From NCBI RefSeq assembly GCF_009914755.1, contig NC_060929.1: DNA of 64,000 bases; one strand, 5' to 3'. Positions within the stretch are counted from its first letter, which is position 1, and the number at the start of each line of letters is the position of its first letter. Below, in pieces: positions 29,599 through 41,707 of this stretch. The position numbers and the translations under genes are program-made. The stretch comes from the human T2T-CHM13v2.0 reference genome, Homo sapiens. The notes beneath the pieces were generated by a model. The model had not been told where the DNA came from, did no database searches, and saw only the letters and a program-made list of their open reading frames with translations.

Positions 29599-30029
29599 GA
29601 CTTGTAAGTTTAATTTTCTAAATTGGATAGATCTAATATTTAGAAGTAGTGGCTAAGAGGTCACATGCTTGTTCATTTCTCAACACTGAGTTAGCAACAA
29701 ATCTGAATTCTTAATATTACTTCCCTCAAAGATGAGCCTGTGCCCTATAGGTCAAAGAGCACCAGAAAATGCATTTTCACTGAAGAGGAAAAAAGGCTAA
29801 ACTGCCTGAGAAAGATTTTTATCTATCAAGTTAGCTAACATTCTTCCTTTTTTCCAAATTGGAAATTAAATATATTCATAAGCATCAATTTTTATTTGCC
29901 TCAACTGTGTCAGTGTAACATGAATGCTAACTCATGATCTACTAATGTTTGAAGCAATTATATCAAATGACATTTTTTAAATTGCAATTTAATGCAACTT
30001 TACAGAGAAGAATAACCAAATAAACATTA

Positions 30030-30250
30030 ATATTGTAATGGAGAGAGTTTGGGTTCAGCATCAGAAAATCTCTGTGTTGAAATTCTCAGTTTGTCTCTTC
30101 CTCCTAGTGTTTTCTTGGATAGATACTCAACCTCTTTGAAGGTCAGTATCTTCATGTGTAAAACGGTGATACTAATGCTGATTGCCTACACTTGTTATGA
30201 GAACATTTGTGAAAGTCCTGGGAAATAACACTCACTAAATGATTGTTGCC
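30030..30250 (+). mobile_element. MIR SINE
   Basis: ctcaacctctttgaaggtcagtatcttcatgtgtaaaacggtgatactaatg. Confidence 0.65.
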
Positions 30251-31274
30251 CTTCCCCATTTCCAAAAAAATTGACTTCTGAAATATTTATTAATGCCTTT
30301 TTTAGCTGTAACCTATGTTTTTATGTTAGATTGTTTTACTTTTGCTTAGCACTTCTTCACTTACATATTTCCCTCTATTATTATTTGCCTTTTTAGTAGT
30401 CATCTAATATACAAATGATTAGTCATCTAATATACATCTAATATACAATTCAATTACATTGAAACATTTACATTTTCCCCAATTTTTTCCTGTAGTGAAG
30501 AATGCCCACTGGCTGTTTTTGAACAGCTTATTTTTCTCATGTCTTTGGACCACTTCCTTGACCAGGAAGTAGTGGAAGTACAATATCAGATCCAAGGGTG
30601 GGTATGGGAGGGGGAAATAAACTTTCAAAGACAAATATAAAATATTTAGAAGAAAATTAGAATTTCTGGACAGGTATGGCATTGAGAGTGATGTTTGGTT
30701 TTGCAAATGCATGATCCATTGCTCCAAATCTACCTCTGTCCTTCTCCAAGGAGGTTCTTACCGAGTAGTCTTATGCTTGGCTCATATCAAATGCTGTTCT
30801 TTTGGGAGGCAAATGGTCCTGCAGACCAGTGGAAAGGAAGTCAGTCAGAGTTAACCAGGTCAGAAACCAGCCTGAGTGAAAGATCCCACTCAGAAAGATC
30901 CAGTCACCATTCTATTCATTCTAAAGTACTTTGACTCCACTTTATCCCAGGCTGCCAGAGACTGTCTATTAATAGAGGTGTGGAACAGAACCTAGACTAA
31001 ATATAAAGTGCTGGGCTCCCCAGTGGTATGTCAGCTCACTGTTGGATGCCCTTGAAATGCTGAAGGTCTACTTTTGTCAAAACCAAAGTTGCTGCTCTCA
31101 TAATGAATATCTGCTAGCGGAAGTCTGAGGTTAAGAAGGATGGGAGGGTAAGGGTGCACCTGTGAGCAACTAGGGTGCCTAACACCCCTGTGATGAAACA
31201 AGCCGAGAGGGAGTAACAGCTATGGCTTGCTCATTTTGGTAATAATGTGTCATGAGCTTCTCTCTGCTGCGAAT

Positions 31275-31400
31275 CCAATGCAAATAACAGTAAATATTTG
31301 TTGGGTGTTTTACTATGTTCTATTACTGTTCTAGAAGCTAGAGATACCACCATGAACAAAACACCAGGATACATACCTTCATGAATCTTAGATTCTGTTG
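31275..31400 (-). mobile_element. L2 3' end
   Basis: aaatatttgttgggtgttttactatg…actgttctagaagctagagatacc…atgaacaaaac. Confidence 0.65.
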
Positions 31401-32140
31401 AACTTTTGGTGAGTTTTGAAGGAACAAAAGAAAAACATTTTCAATTCATCAAAAAAGAAAACATTAAATGTTTGATATTTTTCTTTTCTAAATGTTAGAC
31501 CTTATTTGCCTCATAAATCATGTTCTCCCAACTCTCGTTTGACACACATCACCCATCCTATTTCAACCACTTCAGAATGCTGGCCATTACACTTTTGTAT
31601 ACCCCAAATTAACCAGAATGTATTTTATTTAAATGGCTATAAATTTTCTTCAATCTGAGATCCCTTAGGTCCCCCTCTGTACCTATATATCACTATATGT
31701 GATGAAAGATGGAGGTGTCATGAGTTCCCAGTCAGTGGTAAGATGTAGCCTTAAAAGGAGAGTGTGACTTCATTTCTCTAGTGATGGAAGGGAAAAAGCT
31801 GTCTTTATACATTTAGGTAGACAGTAGAGGGGCCCCAGGGCTGCTACATTCTCTACCCGATACTCTTTCATTCATTCTTATCTTTTTGCCATAATTAATG
31901 GCTGCCAACAATAAATTTGCTTTAATAATCCTACCACGAAAAGCTTTTTATCTTCCATCAGTTTCAGAGATTTTAAAATACTGCGAAGAGCAGTAGGTAG
32001 GTGCCCTCCTTCTGTTTTCACAGTGTCTGTTTATGGCATCTAAGATAATCATTTTATTGCTTAATGTAGTTCATAACAGTCCCAAAATGCAACCATTCAG
32101 CACTTGTATTTTGAGAGAATGTATATTAGCAATAAAGAAA

Positions 32141-32177
32141 CACACACACATGCGCACACACACACAGACACACACAC
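32141..32177. repeat. Imperfect (CA)n microsatellite
   Basis: cacacacacatgcgcacacacacacagacacacacac. Confidence 0.85.
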
Positions 32178-33899
32178 TCCCCTTACAGACCCTCCCTCAA
32201 GATTGAATTTCCCCCATAGAATGAAAGGGAGATATTTGTGTGGACAACTAGCAGCTCCCTGCCCCTAACAACTCCACATTTGGAAGACTGAGCTTCATCT
32301 TTGCTTCAAAAGACTGCGATTTATTGCCATATCCATATCAGAGACCAATAAAAAAGCACCAGGGAGGGTGATTCTTGTGCTCCTCAAATATAAACAAATT
32401 TCTTTTCTACTAAGGATGAACACAAAGCTTTATAGCCACTAGATAAAGCACATTAACTATGACCCTTTCTCTGGGCCATGTTTAAGAATAGAAGAAAGAA
32501 CAAGAGATTATATACACAACATATGTATTATACATATATATATAATTAATATTAGCCACCACACAGTAAGGTTAATTGTTGCTTCTCTGAACACTTAATA
32601 TGTTAGCAGTTGATAAATCCCACCCTGAATAGAAGTGGCTTGTATTTAGGTCACACAAAGTCATTGCCGTTTTTTAATTTAAACTGTGCACTAGATTAAA
32701 ACACAAGAGTGTTTCAGGAGGACAATTCAGAAGCAGCAGCAATAGGCTGTCTTTGGCGTAAAAAGTTTCCACAGCACACCCTAGGGACATGTTAATCAAA
32801 GCTTTTTAATGGATTCAGTCTGATCTGTGACAGGCTTTGTTCCAGAGATGGCGTTTGCTGGATAGAGCTGCAAGTTATCAATAAGACACAGTAATTGCGG
32901 GGAGTGATTGAGCTGCGTTTCTGGGGCTTCATACCATCCAGCTCTTTTTTTATTATCAGTCGAAGCAGAGATGTCTTGCAGTCAGAGTCAAAGGATGACT
33001 TATTTCTTTCTTTCATCTCCCAAAATATAATGATGGTAAATTAAGCAACGAGAAAAACTGACAATTTTTGTAAAAAACAACAACAACAACAAAAACCCTC
33101 ATACTACCTTCTCCTGTTTCTCCTCCTTGTCAAGTCTTTGTCTTAGACTTTCAAGTCTGGTCTGGGTAGCAAATCCTTTAACCTGAGCAAATAAATCCAT
33201 TTTAACCAGAGGCAGGCATTTGAAGCTCCTCTGTGAGCTTGTGCTGGTTCTGTGGTGGCTTCTTTACTAAGTTCTTTATTATCACTCTGAAATCAAAACA
33301 GCCAGAGGCTAAACTAATGACTGAGGATCACACTGATCACCTACAGGGATATTTAGCTTTTCAGCCACTTAAGAAGGTTAACGCTCATCATCAGATGGAA
33401 AATGTCTTGGTGTCTGTTCAAAACCAGTCATGTAATAGGAACCTAACAGCTGTTTTCTTTAATAAGTCACAATCCTCACTCTGGAAGATCTGAAGCATTC
33501 CCTTAGTAAGAGATGTCCAGGTAGATAAGCAAAGGCAAGTTGGGGAGGGAGTGTTCAAGGAGGAACCAGCCTTATTTAAGGCACTTTTTCACAGTCCCAT
33601 GGTTTTCTCAGCTCCCATGTCTCTGAGCTAATATGTCACTGCTAAAGATGCTCACACCTGGATAGCCAGTGTCCACACCTTAGAAAACAAAGAAAGAACA
33701 ACCAGATATCTGCAGCTCAGTCTCAGCGGATCTCTTACTGCTTCCTAGTATGCTAATGTGTAGGTAGCTGTTACCTCTGTTCCCCAGGCAGAGGGTCGGG
33801 TGGATTTATCAACCTTATTCAACTGAGCTCTGACTCTACCTACATATAAGTTGCTATCCATGTCTTTTGCTGGGAAATAAAATCACATAGAGGTACCTC

Positions 33900-34215
33900 T
33901 GAGGTACAAATATGGGATATAACACTTCTCACACGATGACTCTTACTTATCCATTACGCAGTTTCTCATATAGAGTCCAAACTCCCTTAGTGGACTCTTC
34001 AGGACTGATTTACAAACTACTTTTTCAGTCTCATGTCTTCTGTTCAGCCCATACCATTCTACTTTTGTTGGCTGCATAACATGTCTTGTAATTTCATCCC
34101 TCCTGTCTTTGTTTATAGCATTCTTTGAGCCTGAAATGATCTTCCCCTCATTCTCCACTTACCGAATTCTTTTTAACCCTCAAGCTTCACTCAAATGCCA
34201 TCTACCCAGTGAGGT
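33900..34215 (+). mobile_element. L2 fragment
   Basis: agagtccaaactcccttag…ccctcaagcttcactcaaatgccatctacccagtgagg. Confidence 0.55.
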
Positions 34216-34646
34216 CAGAATTAACTGAGACAAGGGAGAGAGCTACAAAAGGTTGGGTCTCAAGGGTCATGGTACCAGGGACTTCTGCTCTCATAAAGCT
34301 TTAGGGAGATGATGCAGCTTCCAGCCAACAAAGGTCATTTGTTCTCAGGACTCCAAGTGATAGCCTGTTGATTCCCAGCATGAGTAAATCTCTAAAACTC
34401 ATTGAAAAAAGCTAAGAAAGAAAAGAAAGTAACCTCAATTCTGCCCCTGGAACAGCCAAGCACTGGGCACCTTCAGGCATTCATTCAAGAAACCAGGAGC
34501 CTGGTTTGCACCTGGAGATGCAACACTTTAGAAATAAGGTCCTTTGGGAGCTTGCTGTAGCACAGAACCCAGTAGTAGACAAGATTGTGCTTTCCAGAAT
34601 CTCTCTCCCGTCCTTTGGTTAATAGTACCTTGATTATCTTTGAGGA

Positions 34647-34831
34647 CGGTGGTTCTCAAACCTTACCTCATCAGAATCACTCAGAGGACTCATTAAACAG
34701 AGACCGATGAGGCCCACTCCCCAGCATTTCTATCCAGTGGGTCTGGGGTGGGCCAGAGAATGTACCTTTCCAACAGGTTCCCAGGTGATGATGAAGCTCC
34801 TGGCCAGGAAAGCACACAATGAGGACCACTG
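34647..34831. mobile_element. MER5A (hAT-Charlie) DNA transposon, near complete
   Basis: TIRs cggtggttctcaaa…tgaggaccactg. 8-bp TSD-like tttgagga/ccttagga. Confidence 0.88.
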
Positions 34832-34879
34832 CCTTAGGAAATGACCTCATCCCCTCTTCTCTCAGACAGATCTGCAGAG

Positions 34880-35100
34880 TACAAATTTAAGGGCAGAAGA
34901 GTCAAGAAGACTGGTTAAGAGGTTATTGCTATGATCCTAATTAGAGATGATGAGGGCCCAAATTAAGGAAGTGGCTGGAGGAATGGAGAGAGGAAACATA
35001 GAGTGAGCATTTGCTGATTAACTAGATCTGAGCATGAGAGAGAGAAAAGAATCTTGGATACCACTACATCTCAGGCCTGAGAGGCTAAGACTCGTCCCTA
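34880..35100 (-). mobile_element. L2 fragment
   Basis: gactggttaagaggttattgctatgatcc…gagatgatgagggcccaaattaagg…ggaatggagagagg. Confidence 0.6.
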
Positions 35101-37059
35101 AGAGAGGGGCTGTTTTATAAAGAGAAAGAATTGGGTCTTGATAATTTGGTGACAGAAAGGAGACAATCAGGCTGAAAAGTTGACACAGGAACCAAGAGGA
35201 TAAATGATGAAGCAAGATCTGTAAGGATATGTGAGCACGGGAGGGGATGAGGCCCAGCTCACTGGCTCAGAAGACGAGTCCGTTTGGGGACAGGAGCCCG
35301 TAAAGATCACTTGGTAGGCAGGAGGTTAGGAACTTGGGGGAGTTTATACTCAATGTTTTCCTTGCGAAATGGAAGTTTCTGAGATTAGACGTTTGAGGAG
35401 ACATGCTGCTAAGGGAAGCAGAAGAGCAAACTGATTAGGACAAACTGACAAAGGACAAGTAATGAAGCTGAGAAGCACTGATGGACTCAGATGACATCCC
35501 ACAATTTTATAGCCCATCTGCAAGGCTTGTTTAAGCTTTACAACAATTTGACAAGCTCCTAGTTGAATCTGAGCTCAAGGTTTCATGGCTATTATAGATA
35601 AAGTGGAGCCAGGTCCTGAATCTGGGTCCATTACTCTTCTCAAGGTTTAAGTCATTGCCTGTGTAAGACAGAGGCTATCTTGTTACCCAGGACAAGAGGA
35701 CATGCTTTTCTGATAGGAAGGAGATGTCTAGACTCTCTCCTGCCCTTCTTTCCCCTGGGTGCTCAGAGCCCCAGTGAAGAAGCCTTCCTATGGGTGTTTC
35801 TAGCAAACGTTCATGTGCACAGCTTTATGTTTCAGTAGAAGCATTAGCCAAGGCCTCACAGTTGCAGCTGTGATTAACAACCCATCACCAAGATGCCCGT
35901 GGTCCTGTCAAGGGGGATTATAAAAGTCTCCAAACAATATTACTTTTCACTAATATTTAAAGTTTAAGCAACAGAGCCTCTCTATGAAACCTCCTTCCTT
36001 TCACAAAGTGGGATTCCCAAAAGGTGGAAATCATTGTTCTAGTCATTTTGAATTCATATGGATCCCGTTTCAAAGCTGCTTCCCATAATGACTGTTGTAT
36101 CAAATAAGGCCACTCACAGCCATAGTCCCAGGAACATTTGCCCACGATAGTGGAAAAGAATATTAAAACAGGGTTACACAGCCCTTGGAAACCAGAAAAG
36201 CTTCCCAGACAGGTAACATGAGAAGATAAAATATTTAGAAACACTGGCCTATTCTCAGAACCAACCGGATCTATCTGTTTTTGTGCATATTGTGGAAAGA
36301 ACTGATGTTGGAAGAAGATGCTTTGGTTTTGATGAAGTGAAAACAACCACTGCCCACCCAACACATACTTTCACACAGATGCATGCCTATGTGAAAACAC
36401 CTCCACACACACATTTCCATAAAACAAATCCAACTGTAGTTAGGACATTTCAAGAAAATTAAAAGCAAGCTCTGTCGGTTTGCCACAGCTACAAGTGATT
36501 TTCCATTTGCAAAAAGACTGCTATGGAAATAACTGATTTGGGATATTTGTCCTCGACATCCTCAATATATGTAGCATCACCTTGGCCCCCTGTAGAACAC
36601 TCGGGCCGTTTCCATGACTATGTCTGGAGGCACAACACCTCCTCAGCATGCTACTTTATAAGATGAAGTACTGCAGGCCTCCCCAACTGCTTGTTCAGAG
36701 CGTGTCACAAATAAACACTTTGTCACCAATCCCTGCTTAGTGTCTGTTTCATTTTGGAAGTGGCTATTACAGCTGTCTAACACAATGAAAAGACAATTCT
36801 TCCTCAAAATGTTAAGGGTCGCTTCCATTAATGCAACTACCACCATTAGATGAGTAGATTCTTAGTTTTAATTCAATCCTCCAGCTTAAAGTACACAGGA
36901 CTATCTTTATATTTAACAGTTCAATGTCCCCAACAACTGAATACTACAGGAGAAAATCATGTAATCAAGTATAGCGGTCGTATGTTAAATTCAGGATCTC
37001 AAATCTCAATGGGGACTCCACACAGCCAGCAATTCTCCTCTTTTAAAGGAGTGGACTCT

Positions 37060-37855
37060 TTCCCACTTCCCAAGATGGCTGTTTCACAGCACTGCCTCAG
37101 ACCTTCCACACCTCCCCCTCTGCCCTTATTCTCAGCTGACAACTTTACCTCGTACTTCATTAAGCAAATAGAAAGTGAACACCAATTGTTCATTTTACCA
37201 CCCCAAACCCACAATCCCACTTTATCATTATTTCCTCCTGAACATGAATGGCCTCCTCTCAGCCTCCTATAGCTCGATGTCATAGCTTCCTAACTGATTT
37301 ACTCTGCTACACTTTCTGCCTCTGATTCCCTCAATACAGATAGGCAAATGTATCTTAAAATGGAAATGCTATCATATCACTCTCCTCTTTAAAATCTATC
37401 AAAGGCATCCACCGCAGTTAGATTGAAGTCATACATCCTCACCATGGCCTGCAGAGTTATTGCAAGCCACTCTTCCCTAACTCAGGGCTCCTCACCCCTG
37501 GTGGCCTCTTCTCACTGCCACAAATATAGCATTTCCTCCTTCACTCAGGGACTTGGCCTTGTTCCCTTTGTCCAGAGTGCCCCCCTCCCACCTGCTTTTC
37601 CCATCTACCTTTTGATTACCCCTCAGAAAGGGCCCCCTTGATGGCTCTGCCTAAAGTGGGGCCCCTGGGGATGCTCTACCTTACACAGCTTATAATTCCT
37701 TTCTTTATTTTATATTTTCTTGGTTTTTAAAAAATCTTCCCCCAACTCACAAGAAGCTCCATAAGAAGTGAACCAAGTCTGTCTTGTTCTTCCTGGTGTT
37801 TTCAGGGCCCAGATAGCACCCAGCATGGTGGAGCCACTCAATACCTCTTAATTAA
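37060..37855 (+). mobile_element. L2 (3' region)
   Basis: ctcagctgacaactttacctcgtacttcattaagcaaataga…atcatatcactctcctctttaaaatc…aagctccataag…gtcttgttc…agcacccagcatgg…actcaata. Confidence 0.75.
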
Positions 37856-38629
37856 TTCACACACTCACTAGAGTTTCTTTAAGTATCTTAAGTGGGGCAA
37901 GAATCCCCAGATTCAAAGATCAATTATTTCTAAAAGGGAAAATGTGATTTTTGTAAATCACCAAAAAAATCTACAAGTGTTAAGTAAAGGCGCTACTGAG
38001 GGAAGTGGAGATGGAAGGAGGGGGAGGATTTCCTTGACCAAACAGAAATGCAGCTTAGGAGAAGCTTAGCTTGGCAGAAAAAAATAGCATCATGGTCAGT
38101 CCATCTATCAGCTAATGGGGCATACTGGACCCCCTTGACCCATAAATTGAATAAGAAATTTAATTCAATAAACATATTTAAAATCCTAGTCAAAGGAATC
38201 AAGATCAAAAACTCTGATATATAGGAACAGTATGGAGAATTAAATCATATAGTATGAAAAAAATGTAAACGCATCACCTAAACTGTTGGGCTTTCTCAAG
38301 AAAAGCATCAAATTGACTTTGTCCCTGATGTTTCCGAGATGCTCACGGAAAACAAGAGCATTTGCTGCCACTTATCAAGACTTCCAGTTTATGCTTTCTA
38401 ACAGGCAGCAAGGACAGCACTGTTGAAATGCTGGGTTCAATAAGGACTTTGTTCAGTGTAATCCTGGGGCCAGTAAATTCAACAGCGACAGCATAAAGAC
38501 ATAATTTGATGCTCTTTGCTATAGAACTCCACATATCTCTGCCTGATGCCCTCGGCCACTTTATTTATTTGCTACATTCCAGAGTCTTAGTTATTAAGTT
38601 GTGCTTTACACTGTACACCCCAAACACTC

Positions 38630-39120
38630 CATTTGTTCATTCATTCACTCATTCGGCAATTCAACAAGCCTATCTCAAGAGCCTACAAAATGCCAGGCAC
38701 TGTTCCAGGGGCTAAAGATAGAGCAGGGAACAAAGCAGACAAGGCCCAGATCTCCTGGAGTTTTCAAAAATACAGGGGATGATGAATGATAAGTATCTTC
38801 CCAAGCTAAGAAACTAGGGGCTGCACGAAGGAAACAAAACAAGGGAATCAAAGAAAAGGGTGAGTGGGGTCACATGTGGGTAAAAATGGAGAACTTAAGG
38901 GAGAGCAGAAACTCTGGTGGGGGAAAGGGGTCTCTGAAAAAGACGTGCTTGAGCTGAGGAAGAACAATGTCTCACAGAGAATCGCACAAATGACCCATGG
39001 CCCAGGGTCAGTGTGGCTGAGCAGAGTGAGTGGTGTGTGGTGAGCAGGAAGGCAGGGATAGGCCAGATCATAGAGTACTGAGGGGCCACAATGAAGGAGT
39101 CTGATACATTTGAACTGCCT
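38630..39120 (-). mobile_element. L2 (3' end)
   Basis: cattcattcactcattc…caacaagcctatctcaagagcctac…tgccaggcactgttccaggggct…ggccagatcatagag. Confidence 0.8.
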
Positions 39121-39148
39121 GTCCAGGCAGATCCTCTCTCTATACTCT

Positions 39149-39190
39149 CGCGCGTGCGTGTGTGTGTGTGTACATGCATGTGCACGCACA
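39149..39190. repeat. 42-bp perfectly alternating pyrimidine-purine tract
   Basis: cgcgcgtgcgtgtgtgtgtgtgtacatgcatgtgcacgcaca. Confidence 0.85.
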
Positions 39191-39239
39191 GGAGGAGGTT
39201 TATATAGCTATCAGCACTCCCTTGTCCTTTGGCTTCTGC

Positions 39240-39573
39240 TTGTGTTGAGCCACTGCCCCACTTCCCCTGGTTTGCAGAGTGCAGAGGGTAGGAAGAGAAT
39301 GAGGGTCGCTGTGGACAGGCTGTGACTCTCCACAGAAGGTCAAAGCTCCTGTCAGGAGCTCTTTCCACACAATTCTCTCTCTGGGCTCCTATAATTGCTC
39401 ACCCGCACTGTCCTCTTCAGGCCTGGGATAATAATGGCCCTGCATTCTTAATGCCCCTTAGGGGTGCTACACCAGCCTTAGTCACTTTTTGAAAACCCTG
39501 TTCATGTTCTCCTAGAAATTTTCATCAAACACCCAGCCTGAAAGTACTCTTCCTGCCAGGACCTTGACTGATA
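39240..39573 (+). mobile_element. LTR33-like ERVL LTR fragment
   Basis: gtcaaagctcctgtcagg…ctcttcaggcctggga…ttcctgccaggaccttgactgata 3' end. Confidence 0.65.
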
Positions 39574-39859
39574 GATTCTATTCTGAAATCACTGCACCAA
39601 GCCACTCTCTCACCTTCAGCAGTTACCTTTTGCTACCTCCTTAGTCTTGGTAAGCCACTTGCTGGAAGCTGGTTTCTGTAAGTGGCATGTAACTCCACAT
39701 AACATCACCTTTGGAATTTTTAGAAGTTTCTGGGTCAATTAAATGTCATCCAGCTCCTATGGTTCCCTTTTTTTGCACAAAGCTTCCCTGAGATCAGAGC
39801 TCTCTTTAGGGTGATGCAAGTCATACCAATAAAATGATTCAGGACAGAATTTTGAAACT

Positions 39860-40020
39860 AAAAGGCAGTGTGGTATAGAAAGACCTCTGAATTTGTACTT
39901 TAACTGTGTGACTCTTGGCAAGTAAGTTTCCTCATCCTTAAGGTAGTAATGATAATAATGTGCAGTGATAAATTTATTTCTCAACACTGGCCTCATTGGG
40001 CCATTTTGAGGATGTAGCAG
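39860..40020 (+). mobile_element. MIR fragment
   Basis: aggcagtgtggtatag…actgtgtgactcttggcaagtaagtttcctcatc. Confidence 0.6.
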
Positions 40021-40154
40021 AGATTACTCCAGCATCAACTTCTTTGCTTCACTGATTCTGAGACACAGAGTATAAACAAAACCCAGGACGACTCATGTTT
40101 TTGTCACTCCTTAAAATTGTGAGGTCCCCACAAGTGTTATAATACATCGATTAT

Positions 40155-40527
40155 TATATTAGTCATCACGAGCTGCCATAACAAAATACCAGACTGGGTG
40201 GCTTAGACCACAGAGGTTGATTTCTCACAGTGAAGGAGCCTGGGAAGTCCAGGTTTGGGGTTGCCAGCATGGTTTGTTTCCTGCTGAGGGCTCTCTGCTT
40301 GGCTTTTCAGACAAGAGCCTTCTTGCTGTGTCCTCACATGGAGAGAGACAGCTCTGATCTCTCTTCCTCTTTTTATAAGGGCACCAGCCTTGTGAGATTA
40401 GGAACCCACTCTTTAACTTCATTTAGCCTTTATCATCTCATGGGTCCTATCTCCAAATATAGTCACATTGGGGGTTTCGGTTTCAACCTATGAATTTTGG
40501 GCAGATGCAAACACTCAGTTCACAACA
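40155..40527 (-). mobile_element. MLT1A/A0-like MaLR solo LTR
   Basis: tatattagtc…gctgccataacaaaataccagactgggtggctta…cctatgaattttggg…actcagttcacaaca. Confidence 0.88.
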
Positions 40528-41611
40528 GTCATCTAAACCAACTGCATGATAACCATTACCCAAACATTATCTATTTCTCTCAGGAACGGCAACACAGATG
40601 ATTTGGAATTCCACTAGATTAAAAGCTCTTTTCCTCTACAACATATAATGATGCATGCTGAAGATTATGATTAAAAATACTGAGTTAGGTTTAGTAATTT
40701 ATATAAATAACTTACTTAGAATACACGTACAAAACTAAATCAAAGAACCACTGTCCAATTTATGCAACTACTCAGTGTCTGAAAATCCAAATTCCTAAGA
40801 TTGCCACGACTTTGCTAAGATTTTAACCAAAAATCTTGACCAGCATGAGAAATATTGCCTTGTATGACTGTCATACACATTCCTGCTTTAGTAAGGAATG
40901 AAATTTTTTAACTATTAAAAAAAAAGGCAAGAAACTTGAGAATTTGAGAATGGAATACTTCACAGCAGTTTTTTAATTAACCAGATTTACATGTTTCAAC
41001 AGGAATAAACCTTAAAAGCGAGTATAACCCACATAAGCAAAACTGTTTCAAAAATTAAACAAAATACAGTTGGATACTGCAACTTCCTATAAAACTAACT
41101 CACCTCTGCCTTTCTGAATAAAAATGAAATGGAATAAAACAAATCAGTCTTCGACTGCTTCCTCTGTCTGTGACCACATACCGTCGTTTAGGCTAATCTT
41201 TTACATTTTTTTCCCCGTCCCTTTCATTTCAAAAATAAAGATAATAATATTCAATATTTAGAATGTCCATCATGGAGAACTGCTGGCAGCATAAAAAGAG
41301 AATCATGTGACTTTTACAATATAAAATTCTCCATTTGAAGGATATTTGTGTATAAGGCTCTATAGTTCAGTATCAACTAACATTTATTTAATACTATGTG
41401 CCAGATATTACAGTAGGCGCTTTTGTTTTCAATTTATATTTACCTTTTACAACTCATCCGATTTTGGCACACTGGCAACTGAGAATGTTGAGGGGCACAC
41501 ATAAAAAAATACTTTTTAGGAGATCCACAGTTATGGAGCAATCACGTAAGACTTCACCTTGAAATATCTTTATTTTATTTTATTTTTTACTGCCCTGAAA
41601 GATGGGGTTAA

Positions 41612-41707
41612 CAATATGGCACATGTATACCTATGTAACAAACCTGCACATTGTGCTCATGTACCCTAGAACTTAAAGTGTAATAAAAAGATAAATTAAT
41701 TAAAAAA
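41612..41707 (+). mobile_element. Extremely 5'-truncated L1PA (3' terminal ~75 bp plus tail)
   Basis: tggcacatgtatacctatgtaacaaacctgcacattgtgctcatgtaccctagaacttaaagt. 14-bp TSD aaagatggg(g/a)ttaa at 41598-41611 and 41708-41721. Confidence 0.92.

Noticed and set aside
35957-36364. 135-aa minus-strand ORF
   Set aside because: No recognisable domain, non-ATG start and no clear exon structure. Length is compatible with chance.
36850-39368. ORFs of 140, 113 and 157 aa
   Set aside because: They overlap L2, microsatellite and LTR33 remnants, and the translations reflect repeat composition.
40861-40877. Palindrome TGTATGAC-T-GTCATACA
   Set aside because: About one 8-bp-arm palindrome per spacer length is expected by chance in 64 kb.
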